Shown here piece after piece: positions 32,596 to 44,921 of a DNA stretch of 64,000 nucleotides. Where the stretch lies: assembly GCA_965645245.1 (NCBI GenBank), contig OZ287077.1, positions 372,001 to 436,000 of the forward strand. The letters are read 5' to 3'. Position numbers and translations under genes: made by a program. Positions within the stretch are counted from its first letter, which is position 1, and every line of letters starts with the position of its first letter. The stretch is from Massalongia carnosa. Lineage: Eukaryota. A model generated the notes under the pieces. It was not told the origin of the DNA and made no database searches. It saw nothing but the letters and a program-made list of their open reading frames with translations.

Positions 32596-33976
32596 TGTTG
32601 GAATACTCGCTTAGCCCCATTAGTTCTAGCTCAGCCCTGCAGGCTGCCATGACTGCTATAAGCAGTCACCTCCGTAGTAATTTCAACATTATGCCGTCAA
32701 CTGTTTATTTAACAGGTTATGAGCCCGGGTTTGTGCTTTGCGCCCCTCCGACGGCATCCTTCATGCATAGACTACGTACTATCATGTCGTATCAAGAAGA
32801 TGATGAGGTGAAAGTTCAGACGTGGAAAGCGCGAAAACGAAGCGGAAACGACATCGAAAGGGATGAGAAACGAAGCGGAAACGAAGCGGAAACGTCATCA
32901 AAAGTGGTGTACGTACGAAACGTGCTGAGGAGGACATCTACAACGGGCGGTGCCTCGAAGACTTCACATCTTGCATTACTGGTCAGATCAGCAAGGGGAG
33001 ATAAAAGCCCTGCGATCAGGCCACCAACGTCAATGGTCTGCGGGAAAATGTCTAACAGAGACATCGAGAAAAGCCCTGCTCAGGCCATCAATAAAACACG
33101 TCCATAGTACTCTTCCCATCCACCCATACACTCACAAAAGCTACGTCTCGAGATGTGGTTATTGGTTTAATGTGTCACGAAATCAGGTCGAGGGCAAGGG
33201 CAAAGGCAAGGTGGGTTGATGGTCAAGCTTATTGATTGAGTCTATAGCTATGAATCTAGGCTAGGCTAGGTTGGCTATTCAAGACGTTCGACAAAGAATC
33301 AGAACTTCCATGATTCGACTTCTTTCTTATATCTTTGTCCTCCCATATTCATCTTTCTAGGGTGGCGGCGAATGATGTCTAGTCAGTGCGATGATGAATG
33401 AGGGGCATTATAGCGGCAATAAGCACGATGGGGTCAGCGAGGAGACGGGAGATGTCAAACATCAATGCGAAGCTATTAGACATGATAATAGTCGAAAGAC
33501 GGGAATAAATCATCAATGCGAGGCTGATTAATGATCAGTAATCGGCGAATTCGAAGAATGATATGAGGGTCCCGAAGGCATGGCACGACGTCCGTGAGTA
33601 GTCATCAGATCAAGGCACGTGATAGAGGCACGTGGTGAGGTCGAAGGCATTTCATGACATAATGAGGCTACAAAGCAGGACAACAAAAGACATAAGAAAG
33701 AACTACGTGCTTAGGGAAAATGGAGTCAGAGGGAGCTAGATTCGTTCCGCAAGGGGAGCGAATCGGACACAGCTGGATGAATCACTTCGCAAGGGGAGTG
33801 ATAAAAGCTGGATAGTTCAATTTTGGAGGCGAAAGGGGAGCCACGCTCGAAGGGGAGTGTTGGAATACTCGCTTAGCCCCATTAGTTCTAGCTCAGCCCT
33901 GCAGGCTGCCATGACTGCTATAAGCAGTCACCTCCGTAGTAGTTTGAACATTATGCCGTCAACTGTTTATTTAACA
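32596..33976 (+). mobile_element. TRIM-like non-autonomous LTR element (~889 bp net)
   Basis: 119-bp LTRs 32596-32714 and 33858-33976 (2 mismatches), TSD CGAAT, PBS GGTTATGAGCCC, PPT GAAGGGGAG, no recognisable coding domain. Confidence 0.9.
33173..33659. mobile_element. Solo LTR K (487 bp) inside the TRIM
   Basis: TGTCA...TGACA, TSD TAATG. Confidence 0.87.
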
Positions 33977-34516
33977 CGAATGCCCTCGCGTATTTTACTG
34001 ATATGGGAATAGTTACATCTGAGAATTTCTGGTATCTTCGATGCTTAGAAATTCAGGTCTATAGACGTTCGAGTAGAATCTCGAATATTCTATGATCAAG
34101 ATGTATATAACATCACTCCTACGCATACATAGCTAGGTGATGGTTTGCTATACAAGACGTCGGACAAGGAGTCAACTATCTAATTAACTTGTCCTTCCTT
34201 TTATATTTGTCTCGAACCCCTTTGCATGAAGATTCGATCAGTGTTCATCTCCCCCTATTAGGAGACGTACGGCATGAAGGTTTGACGAGGTGTTTGACGA
34301 TAAAAGGTGGAGATGAGGTTCTCCTGTCGCTTTGATGGTGATGGTACAGCTTTGACCTGAAGCCGTTGAGAGGGGTCTAAACTCGATTTAGTTAATGAGA
34401 TTCTGACTAAGCTGAATAGAGGAACGGGAGCTTTCATCTGCGGGATTGATTCTAGATCGGGTTGGTTCGATTTCATGACAATAACAAAATCCGTTGATTA
34501 AATAAAGATTTGATAC

Positions 34517-37500
34517 TGTTAGTAGCACTAGTAGATAGAACGGGCTGTGGGCACGACTAGAGGCTATTAAGGCCTTCGTCACTGTTAGGCACGGGACGTC
34601 TAGCCAGCCACGTGAGCCCGAAAAGGGGCACACGTCTATATAGCCCATGCTCGCTACTAGCTAATAGAACAACTTTACCATCCAACTCAAGCACTAACGT
34701 AGTCATACATCTGGTGCCACGAGTTGGGGTAAACCCACACTGATCAGTTTAGCTATTCAGATCAGAATACCCCAATCATTAAAACCTGAAAACCTCGCTA
34801 TCGCTGACGATGGCAGGTTCTCCGAGCGTTGCTCCGAGCGCCGAAAACGCGATCGAGTCAACCGAGTCAACAAATCCCTTTCCCAATGGCATCGATCCGG
34901 AGACGGCCGATGCCGAGACAATCAAGAAATATGTTAAATATCACTTCCAAAGATACGCAGACAATGACTACGAGGACTACTATCTATGGAATATCGTCCA
35001 GGGAAACTTCGAGCACTTCAAAGAGGAGCATTTCAACAAATTCGATCGAGACACCTGGGAACTCGTAAAGGCCTACTGCTATCAACACGGCATTTGGATC
35101 GATCACAACTACGGGCCAGGCAGGACTCGCGCATCCTTCATGAGAAAGGCTATCAACACGGAATGGGAACTGGACTGGACTCTCGAACAAATTAAATGGG
35201 TTCAAGGACGATATAAACATCTATCCGAGAAAACCCTCGACCGAAAGCGAGAACTCATGAGCATCATCGAGTCGGATAACCTAAATCTCATCGCTGCAAA
35301 CTCGCGAGGTCTATCTGCGGATCCGAGAACACAATCGTACCAGGATACCAGACTCCAGACCCCATTGCATCAGTCTGCATCACCAAATCCGTATATACCT
35401 CAGGCACCCCTCGCGTCGCAGTCCCCACAATTTACTCAGCAGATCTCGCAACAACTACCTCCGAGTCAATCATCGCATCAAACACCTCATCATCAATTTC
35501 AGGAGAACTCGACCAATCAATACGCCAAGGAATTGACTCTGCTAGAGAAAATCTACAAGGATAACGACAAGTTTAGTGGCACGGGCGACAACTTCGGTTT
35601 CAAACTCACCATATTCCTCGACAAATGCAGGCGAGTCGGACTACCTCATATCGCGTTCATTCATGGAGCCTCGATTATGCTTTCCGGTCAGGCATTGACT
35701 CATTACTATGCAAATCGAGGTTCCGCCGCGTCGTTTGATGATTTCTGTCAAAACATGAAGACATTTTTTGAAGGGCCCGAGTGGGAACGCTACAATCTGG
35801 CAAAGTGGCAAACCATCTCCCTGAACGATGTTATCTCGGCCAACCCCTCGCTGTCGACAACCGAGTGTCTCAGAAAGCTATGCACCGAGCTGGACACGAT
35901 ACAACGAGGCATCAACACGGCATATCACGGGTCAATTCATCTGCGAGAAAACATCATTCGGGCCTGTAGGGGTCACCCAGCACTCGCGGCCGGTTTAACA
36001 AATCCACCACAGGACACACCAGGATTGGTCAATAACCTCTATGCCTCAATCGTCACTTATGAAGCGGTGCATAAGTCCGCGCAGGGGAGCTATCTAGGCG
36101 AGAATGAGGACGATGAGGAGTCTTTCTTCACCGATCGGCAGTATCGCCGAGGCGGTTTCAACCCTCGCTCTCGCGGCGGACAACGTTTCAACCGATCAAG
36201 TTATTCATCTCGAAACCAGTCTCGAAACCCGTCTCGTGGCCCAATGCGTCAAAAAGCTGCTTCGTATGCGATGAAGAAGGATGCTGGTCAACGAACCACT
36301 CATCGAAAGAACAGGAGGACTCCAAGAAGCGCTGGGGAGATAGGCATCCCAAGTACAAAAATCGCTCAGGCTATGAACGCAATCTTCGTCAATACATCGC
36401 TAATTATGAAGGCGATGATGAAGATGAAGACGAAATAGCTCACTTTTTCGGAGACCTGTCCATCGAGGCAAAAGACCCTTCTCTTGATGCAGAGGTCGCT
36501 ACCGAGATGTTTCATACCTCGATTGGCACCCTTCATGCAGTTGAGTCTATTAATGCGATCAACATGCTGACCAATAAGGCCTTCGAACATCGCATAACTT
36601 GGTCAGACAATACCATCGCCCCCGTCTCAGTGCCCTACAGTTTTATCACGTCAACCGACACTCGCTACGACGAGTCCGAGTTTAAAGGGCTACTGATCGA
36701 TTCCGGTGCTGCAACTCGGTCAACCGGTGGCATTGGGCAGCTAAAGGCCTTGCAGAAGATCATCTCGATAAAACTCGACGAGACAACGGCTGGGTCAGCA
36801 AATTTCGTCTTTGGCATCGGTAGTACGTCTTCAATCGGCACGGTCAACCTGAATACCCCCATAGGAAGAATCGTCTTTCATATCGTACGAGTCAATACGC
36901 CGTTTCTCCTCTGCCTCGCCGACATGGACAAGCTAGGTGCCTTCTTCAATAACCTAACCAATCAAGTTGTTCAGGCCCAACATACTCATCCTGTGATTTG
37001 CCGGTATGGTCATGCGTTTCTTTTATGGTGCACATCCGCATATGCCCTCGCGATTGAATCATTCTCGGAAAATCCATGCTTCTTAACTACCACCGAGCTC
37101 CGCCGACTACATCGTCGCTTCGGGCACCCATCAGTCTCGCGCCTACATCGGATTCTCGAGCGATCAGGTCATGATGTCGACCTTCGAGCCCTAGAATACC
37201 TCGTTAAATATTGCCACCATTGTCAGAAGCACGGAAAGTCGCCAGGCAGGTTCGGTTTTACCATAAAAGATGACGTCGAGTTTAATTACCACATTGTCGT
37301 CGATATTCTTTACATAGAAGGCAAGGCGGTGCTGCAGTTAGTCGACGAGGCAACTCGATTTCAAGCAGGACGGTGGCTGAAGGACATTTCGGCCAGACAT
37401 GTATGGGATCAGCTACGGGCATGTTGGATCGATACCTATCTCGGCCGATGCAGGCAAACAGTTCATGGCCAGGGAATTCCGACAATATGCTACAAACATG

Positions 37501-40160
37501 GGAATCATTGTCAAAAACGTCCCCGTCGAAGCGCATCACTCCATCGGTCTAGTTGAACGCTATCATGGACCACTTCGTCGAGCATATAGCATCATAACTG
37601 CCGAAATTCCCGGAATCGAGCCCGAGTTGGCCCTACAAATGGCATTCAAGGCACTCAACGACTCGGTAGGACCGAATGGTCTAGTTCCGACGTTGCTTGT
37701 GTTCGGTGCCTACCCGAGAATGACTGAAATGGATGCTCCCTCGCCTACAATCACCCAACGCACGATAGCCATGAGATTCCGTTCCACCTCGTTGAAACCG
37801 TACTACGACCTTGCTGCTGATGGCATGAAGGATACAAATAAAGATGAAAAAGATGACGAAAGCGCAGGAGACGCCGACGTTGGTGCAGGACGTATAGATG
37901 ATGGTACAGGAGATGCCTTATCTATTAATCCTCGCACCTCGGGACATGTTCCCTCGATCGATGCAGGAGATGAGGATACGGGTGCAGGAGACACCCCTCC
38001 TACGAATCCCCTCGTCTCGGGAATCATTGCCCCGACTGCCTCACCTTCATCAGCACCATCAGCACCAGTCAAACGTGGCCGTGGAAGACCCAGAAAGCAT
38101 CCCGAACATGTCAATTTCACTACGCCTTTCAACATCTGCTTCGTCATCGATACTCCTGAAGATAATGATGACGACATCTCGAAATTACCCTAATTCACCT
38201 CATCGAGGCAAAAGGAAGTCGCCGGACTTCTAGAAAAAGGTGTATTCAAACTCGTAAATTCTGAAGACGTTCCAGATGACGCACGCGTTTTCAACTCGAG
38301 GTTTGTTGACGAAATAAAGAATCCTGGCACCGATAAGGCTTTCGAGAAATCACGTCTGGTCGTACAGGCCTACAATGACCTCAATAAAGACCTCGTTCTG
38401 ACACAGTCACCGACAATTCAACGAGTCAGTTAACGTCTTATCATCTGCCTCACAGCAACATTTCAAAACGAGTCAACAAAGCTATACCTTCGCGACGTCA
38501 CTCAGGCATACGTTCAATCAAATTCCGAGTTGAATCGTGACTTTTATATCCGCCCGCCTCATGAACTCACCGCGATGATGGGAGCTCCATCCAACTGCAT
38601 CCTGAAAGTCATAAAACCTCTCTATGGCGTCCCGGAAGCAGGCAATCATTGGTTCGCCACGTATCATGCCCATCATACTAGAAAACTCGGCATGACCGAG
38701 TCAACCTACGATCCATGCCTACTCTACAAATCCGAGCCTTTTGGCATCGTTGGCCTACAAACTGACGACACCCTTATGCTAGCAAGCGACACCTTTTCGG
38801 CCGAAGAAGAAGATGCTATCAAGAAGGCTAAGATCATGACTAAAGAGCGCACTCATCTCATCCTCGAAACCCCAATCAAGTTCAATGGCACCATGATCCG
38901 ACTCGCCCCGAGCAGAGACATCATGTTGAGCCAGGAAACTCGTGTTGGAGGCATCTCGCTGGTTAAGAATCATGACGCCTCGACAACTAGCTCGCGAGGC
39001 ATCGTTCGAGAAAAGTTGTCTTCGAGAGAGCAATATGTGGCCCAACGAGCTAGAGGTGCATACACAGCTTCCATCTGTCAGCCCGAGGCCTCTTTCGATC
39101 TATCTTATGCCGCTCAGTCAACAAAGTTCTCCTCAGATGATATCAATGCCCTAAACAAGCGACTTAAGTGGCAATTAGACAATCAATCCCGAGGGCTGAA
39201 ATACGTCAAACTCGATCGAAACAGCCTTCAGTTGGTCGTTTTCACCGATTCATCCTTTGCCAACAACCGAGACCTCTCATCACAAATCGGTTATGTCATA
39301 TGCCTTGCTGACTCGACTGACAAAGCCAACGTCATTCATTGGTCATCAATTAAGTGTAAAAGGGTGACGCGGAGTGTCTTGGCCGCCGAGCTATATGGCA
39401 TGGCACATGGGTTCGATATCGGGGCCGTCATAAAGGCAACCCTTAGCAAACTTCTCGGAACCGACATTCCACTGATTCTCTGCACGGATTCAAAATCGCT
39501 ATATGACTGCTTAGTAAAACTCGGGACGACCCAAGAGAAACGCTTAATGATTGATGTCATGAGTCTCCGTCAGTCATACGAGAGACGTGAGGTGACCGAG
39601 GTGAAATGGATCATGGCCACAACAACCCCGCCGACTCCATGACCAAGACAAAGGCATCCTCGGCCCTCAAAACGGTGATTGATATTAATCGCATCAACCT
39701 AGATACGACCGAGTGGGTAGAACGAGCATCAGGCTGTAGGGCGGCGATAAAATGGCAGGGTGATGATGTTCAATGAACCTGAGGCCGCGCTATGTCAGTT
39801 GCGAGTTGGGTTGAGTGAGACGCTATATGAGGCCTCACACAGGCAAGCAAAGCCGGGCGTAGGGGGATAGCAGGCATAGATGCAACCCGGCATCGAGGCA
39901 TAGAGGGGGTTTATTTCGTTTTTCTAAGTGGTTCCAGTGTTAGTAGCACTAGTAGATAGAACGGGCTGTGGGCACGACTAGAGGCTATTAAGGCCTTCGT
40001 CACTGTTAGGCACGGGACGCCTAGCCAGCCACGTGACCCTGAAAAGGGGCACACGCCTATATAGCCCATGCTCGCTACTAGCTAATAGAACAACTTTACC
40101 ATCCAACTCAAGCACTGACGTAGTCATACGTCTGGTGCCACGAGTTGGGGTAAACCCACA
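34517..40160 (+). mobile_element. GalEa-clade Copia retrotransposon, degraded
   Basis: 223-bp LTRs 34517-34739 and 39938-40160 (~6 mismatches), TSD GATAC, palindromic CTGATCAGT in place of a tRNA PBS. Confidence 0.9.
34810..39777 (+). pseudogene. GalEa-type gag-pol with frameshifts, deletions and TAA stops (3' end approximate)
   Basis: [62 protein letters not shown] motifs. Confidence 0.88.
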
Positions 40161-41401
40161 GATACGATCCTGATTCCAATTTCAAAAAAGTAAATAAGAA
40201 AGACGAAAGACATTGTCGCGTCAGAGACGCTGCTGAACATGTTGAAAATCAGATCATCGAGAAAACGACTCGATCTGTCCCCAATTTAAAGAAAAAAAGC
40301 TTAACATTACAAGAATTATTGAACTAAACTTCGACTCCGAATCGAGAAAAAGCTTAATTCTTGGTCAAAATCGCGATCAAGAACGTTTTAACAAAAATGT
40401 CATTTGTGAATTTGATAACGCTGAAATGAAGACAATAAAAATATCTGCAAAACCCTTGCCGCGGCCAGATTGAGTCCGAAAGCAGAGCAGAATATCAGTC
40501 GTTACCAAGCTCAAAGGTTCCTTCGACGGATTTACGCCCTCTCCCATCACCTAGCTACTGTGTTTCTGGCAGCGAGTGGAGGCGTTAGCTCATAGGTAAC
40601 ATGTCCTTGGGTCTCTGAAAGGCTTCTTTTCGTAACAGGTGCGTCCCGATACTACAACGTCGTTGGATAAGGCGTTAGGCACAGCTATATATATTTCTAT
40701 TTTGGTCAGCCAACCAAAATACATCGAAACAAATAATTTCTACAGACGAATGCTCGAGAGATTGTTGTAGGGGCATGCATAACTTTTTACATACCCATGC
40801 AGAACGTCCAGCGCAACAAATTTTTATGGATTAGCTCGTCTCCGAAATAGAAGTGGATGTTATGATCCATGGCTAGGAATATGCAGGCTAAAATCCGAGA
40901 TATTGAGAATAAATATTCTATAGCTATGTATGGCACGAGGTGGGGATGATTAGGATGGGTGAAGAGAAAGATTCTAGAGTTTTTGGGAGAACTCCTTGGT
41001 TGCGCTTGTTTCTTATAGCACCTTTTGTCCTTGATATCCTATGTGAACTCAAACCCTGGAATGCTCGATCGTAGAGAACTTGTCTTTGCTAAGTCTGTGG
41101 GTTCTCGCTGAGTGTTATGCCCTTTTCAAAGTCTAGCTTCAACCCCTGGCGCTGTTACAGCTTCTTCCTGAGTTCCCGCTTCTGATGGCAATCTCTCACG
41201 ATATGGCATTCTTCGTTGCAGGTTCACACCAGAGAAGAAATGAAAAACCTGCTGGCTTTTTAGGTCGTGGGATAGGCTGTAAAGCGTAAAGTAGCACAGG
41301 TTGCAAAGGTTATTACTTCCGGAGGAAATTGGATTTAACCATATCCATGATATTCGTAAGGGCATATCGGATTACTTTCTCAGCTCATGGCTGCTCTTTC
41401 A

Positions 41402-42478
41402 TCAGAATTTCAACAGCCAAGCATCGCCCAGCCTCTCGTTTGATTCCCCCAAGCCTCCTTGGACTAAAATATCATTACCGACGCCTTCAGCGGCGAACCA
41501 CCCTCTGGCTACTGGGTAGTTCTCGTCCTTTGGCACCTGCACATTGCTCCAACTCTTGGATTTCAGATCAAATACCCAGATGTCATCCAGCATTTTCCCG
41601 GCACCCTGATGTCCCAGAGTGCTTGGATCACACTCTCCAAATAGTGTAACAAGCGACGGCACTTGGTTGATATTGAGAGGAATCAGAGCTCCTACGCTTC
41701 TGGGTTGAGGGCCTGTTCGGCTATCTGGAGTGTAAACGTGGGTGGTCCAAGAGTTTGATTCGGGTTTGTAAATATCAAGGCTTCCGCCCCGTTCCCTTTC
41801 CCCATCAAAACCATTCATTCTATACAACAAGCCCCCGGAATAGGCCATCGAGGTGCCTCCTCTTGCCGGGTCAGGCGCTGGCGTGAGTTCTGTCCATGCT
41901 CGTCTTGAGACGCTAAAAGACCAGATATCGGACAGTCTTCCCTTGGCAGCACAGCCAGCATGTACGTAGATTATGTCTTTGCCATCGTTCGCAAGCACAT
42001 GATAGCTCCTTGCTTGAGGGTATGGTTGTGTAGTATCGAGCGGGCCCAGACGATGCCAGCCTGATACCGATGGATCAAATACCCACAACGAACCTTCCTC
42101 CTCAACGGGGGTCATAGCTACGCCTCCACGGCCAGAGAACATGTAGAGTTTGCCGCCAAGGGTGGTTGATGCAGCCCCGACTCGAGAGGAGGGCGACTTT
42201 GAAGAAGCGGATAGAGTTGTTACGAGTTCGCTCTGGGAAGCATCTACGAACGATGATGTTGTTAGTTAAACCACCCACGACTCCATGATGTCTAGGGTCT
42301 GCGCAACGACACCTTTTGCGATATCAACGACATAGACATCGTTCTCGCGGGGTTCTCTTGGACGAAGCTCCCCCCCAAAGATATATGCTTTGCCACGAAT
42401 CACTGCAGCAATCTGGGAAGAGCGCTGCAATGTTTCCGAGACAACGATTTTGTACCATCGAGCTGAGACTTGGGCCAT
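41402..42478 (-). CDS. Kelch-repeat beta-propeller, nitrile-specifier-protein-like (2 exons)
   Basis: QRSSQ...YIFGGELRPREP; SPRVGAA...LYMFSGRGG; ARSYH...VHAGC; ARGG...MNGFDG; PRSV...LFGECDPSTLGHQGAGKM; ARGWF...VQGG; intron ~42313-42244. Confidence 0.88.
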
Positions 42479-42665
42479 TGATGAGGCAATGAAGATTTAA
42501 GCCTCTTTCGATAGTATAAATATGCTTGGTAGATTTATGGTCAGAATCCCTTCTTCTGATTAATCATCTTCATTTATCAACTTGGATCTGAGTCTAGTAC
42601 TAACCTAAAAGGATACAGCTAAATCAAATTCAGTAGTAGTACGGAGTAGAAAACTGGCTTAGTTC

Positions 42666-42939
42666 ACCACATTTACCTTTTTTGCACCACACACCTTTTG
42701 CATTAGCGCTAAAAGCGGCCGCTAAATTAACTTCATGACTTAATAATCTCAAAATCAAAAATCTGCTGCGACAGTGATTCTGATAACGAAGTAAATTTTT
42801 AAGTTTCGAAATAATACGCAGTTAAATTTATAACTACATGAATTGATGATACTGAAATTTTTGAGACAATTAGACAAAGATTGGCTTTTTTAACTAATCT
42901 TTTAGTTTCAACGCTGGTGCAAAAGGGGATGAACACGAG
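42666..42939. mobile_element. Degenerate pogo-derived MITE
   Basis: Right end reverse complement CTCGTGTTCATCCCCTTTTGCACC resembles the pogo TIR at 7493; left end has two CCTTTTGCA repeats; AT-rich core. Confidence 0.5.
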
Positions 42940-43082
42940 CAAGATATTCGCAGTGACACTTATGACGTCACCGAGCAGCGGTACCAGTGGTTAGTACGGA
43001 GAAACTAACCGAGTATGGAGGTACTCTGTAACCATAGGCAGATAGACCCTGTCACAACTCACTGTCCGGCGAATCAGTGTCC

Positions 43083-44921
43083 ATGGCGTTGCAAGGTACT
43101 TTGCTCTCAGCTAATCATAGCCCAGAAAACATACTCTTGGTGGGCTCAGGGGTATCATCGACTCGATCTTCAACGGACTCTTACGAGAGCCAAAGTTTTG
43201 AGTTGTTAAATACACCCCAGCAAGATACAGCACGAGAACTAAAACCTTGCCTTTATATCTCGCATTTCCTTTCCACCTGCAACTCTCGAGCCTTTGAATT
43301 TGGGGCAGTACTTTTCCTAGCCACTATATTCTCTGATACACTGCTTCCTTCGTCCCTTTACGCTTTGATCCGAGCTGCATCGGCCATTGTCCTATCTCCT
43401 GCTGTGGGTCATTATATAGACGTTGGAAATCGGCTTCAAGTGATAAGGGCTTCAATTGGCAAGTGATCCGAACGATTTTGATTTTTTTGGAGCATTTGTC
43501 GGCCTGAGAGTTGCAACTAATGGGCTTTCATCAACATAGTTGGGCAGCGTACTGCCGTGGCGACATCATGCGCTGCATTTTGGTTTCTGTTGCAAGTTGA
43601 TGTTAGTACAACAGCGTTCAAGCCGGTTCTTCTTTCCATCTTGATTTTACTGGGATGTATTGAAAAGCTATGTTTCGTTATGAACCTAATAGCTGTTGAG
43701 CGGGATTGGGTGAGACATGTCTTCTTTCGTTTAGTAGACTGGAGTGATTCTTTTGCAGGTTGTCATCATTGCGGGCAATAGCGAGTCCCACCTCCAAGGT
43801 GAGCCTGTTGCTTTCCCATCTATGTACGTCTATTACTTTTGCATTGATCCCTGACTCAAGGGTATTTTTGACTAGCTATGAATTCGCAGATGCGCCGCAT
43901 CGACCTTTTTTGCAAGCTGATTGGGCCATTGGCCATTTCGCTGGTTGATGGCTTTTCGACCCAGGCGGCCATAGTAATGACCTTGGGATTTAATACCATA
44001 TCAGTTATCGTCGAGTATTATGCGATTGCCAAGGTGCTTCCCCGCCAATGCATCCTCGATGGTTCTTCTAATTATCAGCCCAGGTTTATCGATTAGTACC
44101 CGCGCTTCAAAGCAGTCACCAGCAATCGAACTTTACCGAGCCGCATCCGAGACCTCAGGATCGGCATTCCTGGCCAAGGTATTTGATTTTCTGGGCCAAA
44201 TCTATCAAAAGACAACTCTCTCGTTACTTCTGTCATCTAGGGTTCCTCCCGTCATTGACCTTATCCATGCTTTACTTCACTGTTATGTCATTTGGGGGAC
44301 AAATGGTCACTTATCTTTTATCGGTCGGGTATAACTCAACTTGGATTGGCATTATCCGATCGCTATCTGTAGTGTTCGAGGTTTCCGCAACATGGATAGC
44401 TCCAGTTTTAATGACAAAGCTCGGTTCAACCAGGGCAGGGTTTTGGTTTCTATCCTGGCAGATGGTCTGCGTGGCGGTAGCGGTAGGCTTTTTCTGGGGA
44501 GCTTATACGCCCACTCTTGCTTCGACAGGCTTGGTTGGAGGAGTCATCATGAGTCGCGTTGGCCTATGGGGGTTTGACCTGTGTGTACAGAGCATTATTC
44601 AACAGGTAAGCAATCCTGGATGAACAGAGCTTGATATTTTCCACATAGGGACTTTCCTTGTTAACCTCGAATGGTAACCATCAGGAAGTAGAGGCCGAAT
44701 ACCGAGGCTCTTTTTCGTCATTGGAGGCGTCTTTCCAAAACCTTTTTGAACTCTGCTCCTTTGCATCTACGATACTTTTCTCGAAGCCGATCCAGTTTCG
44801 ATACCCTGTGTTAATGAGTTCTATCGTTGTCTTCGTAGCGGGGTCCATATACGCAGGGTATGTCCAAAAAAGAAGAGGACACCTTTGGCACATGAGCGAG
44901 CTTTATAAGATACTTGGTTGA
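43083..44921 (+). CDS. Ferroportin (FPN1/IREG, SLC40) family transporter, multi-exon; start uncertain
   Basis: LYISHFLSTCNSRAFEF, IAVERDW, MNSQMRRIDLFCKLIGP, LYFTVMSFGG, SRVGLWGFDLCVQSIIQ, EASFQNLFE; GT-AG introns between ORF pieces. Confidence 0.92.

Larger units (their letters stand above)
32547..34247. mobile_element. Probable LTR remnant hosting the TRIM (right boundary approximate)
   Basis: Starts TGTTG; carries the CAAGACGTCGGAC motif seen in other LTRs; followed by a reverse-strand PPT-like CTCCCCCT; no TSD found. Confidence 0.4.

Noticed and set aside
32595..33107. 170-aa ORF across the TRIM
   Set aside because: Non-ATG start, runs through the LTR and PBS, no gag or pol motif.
40166..40460. 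Possible AT-shifted LINE 3' remnant
   Set aside because: Too degraded; no diagnostic motif readable.
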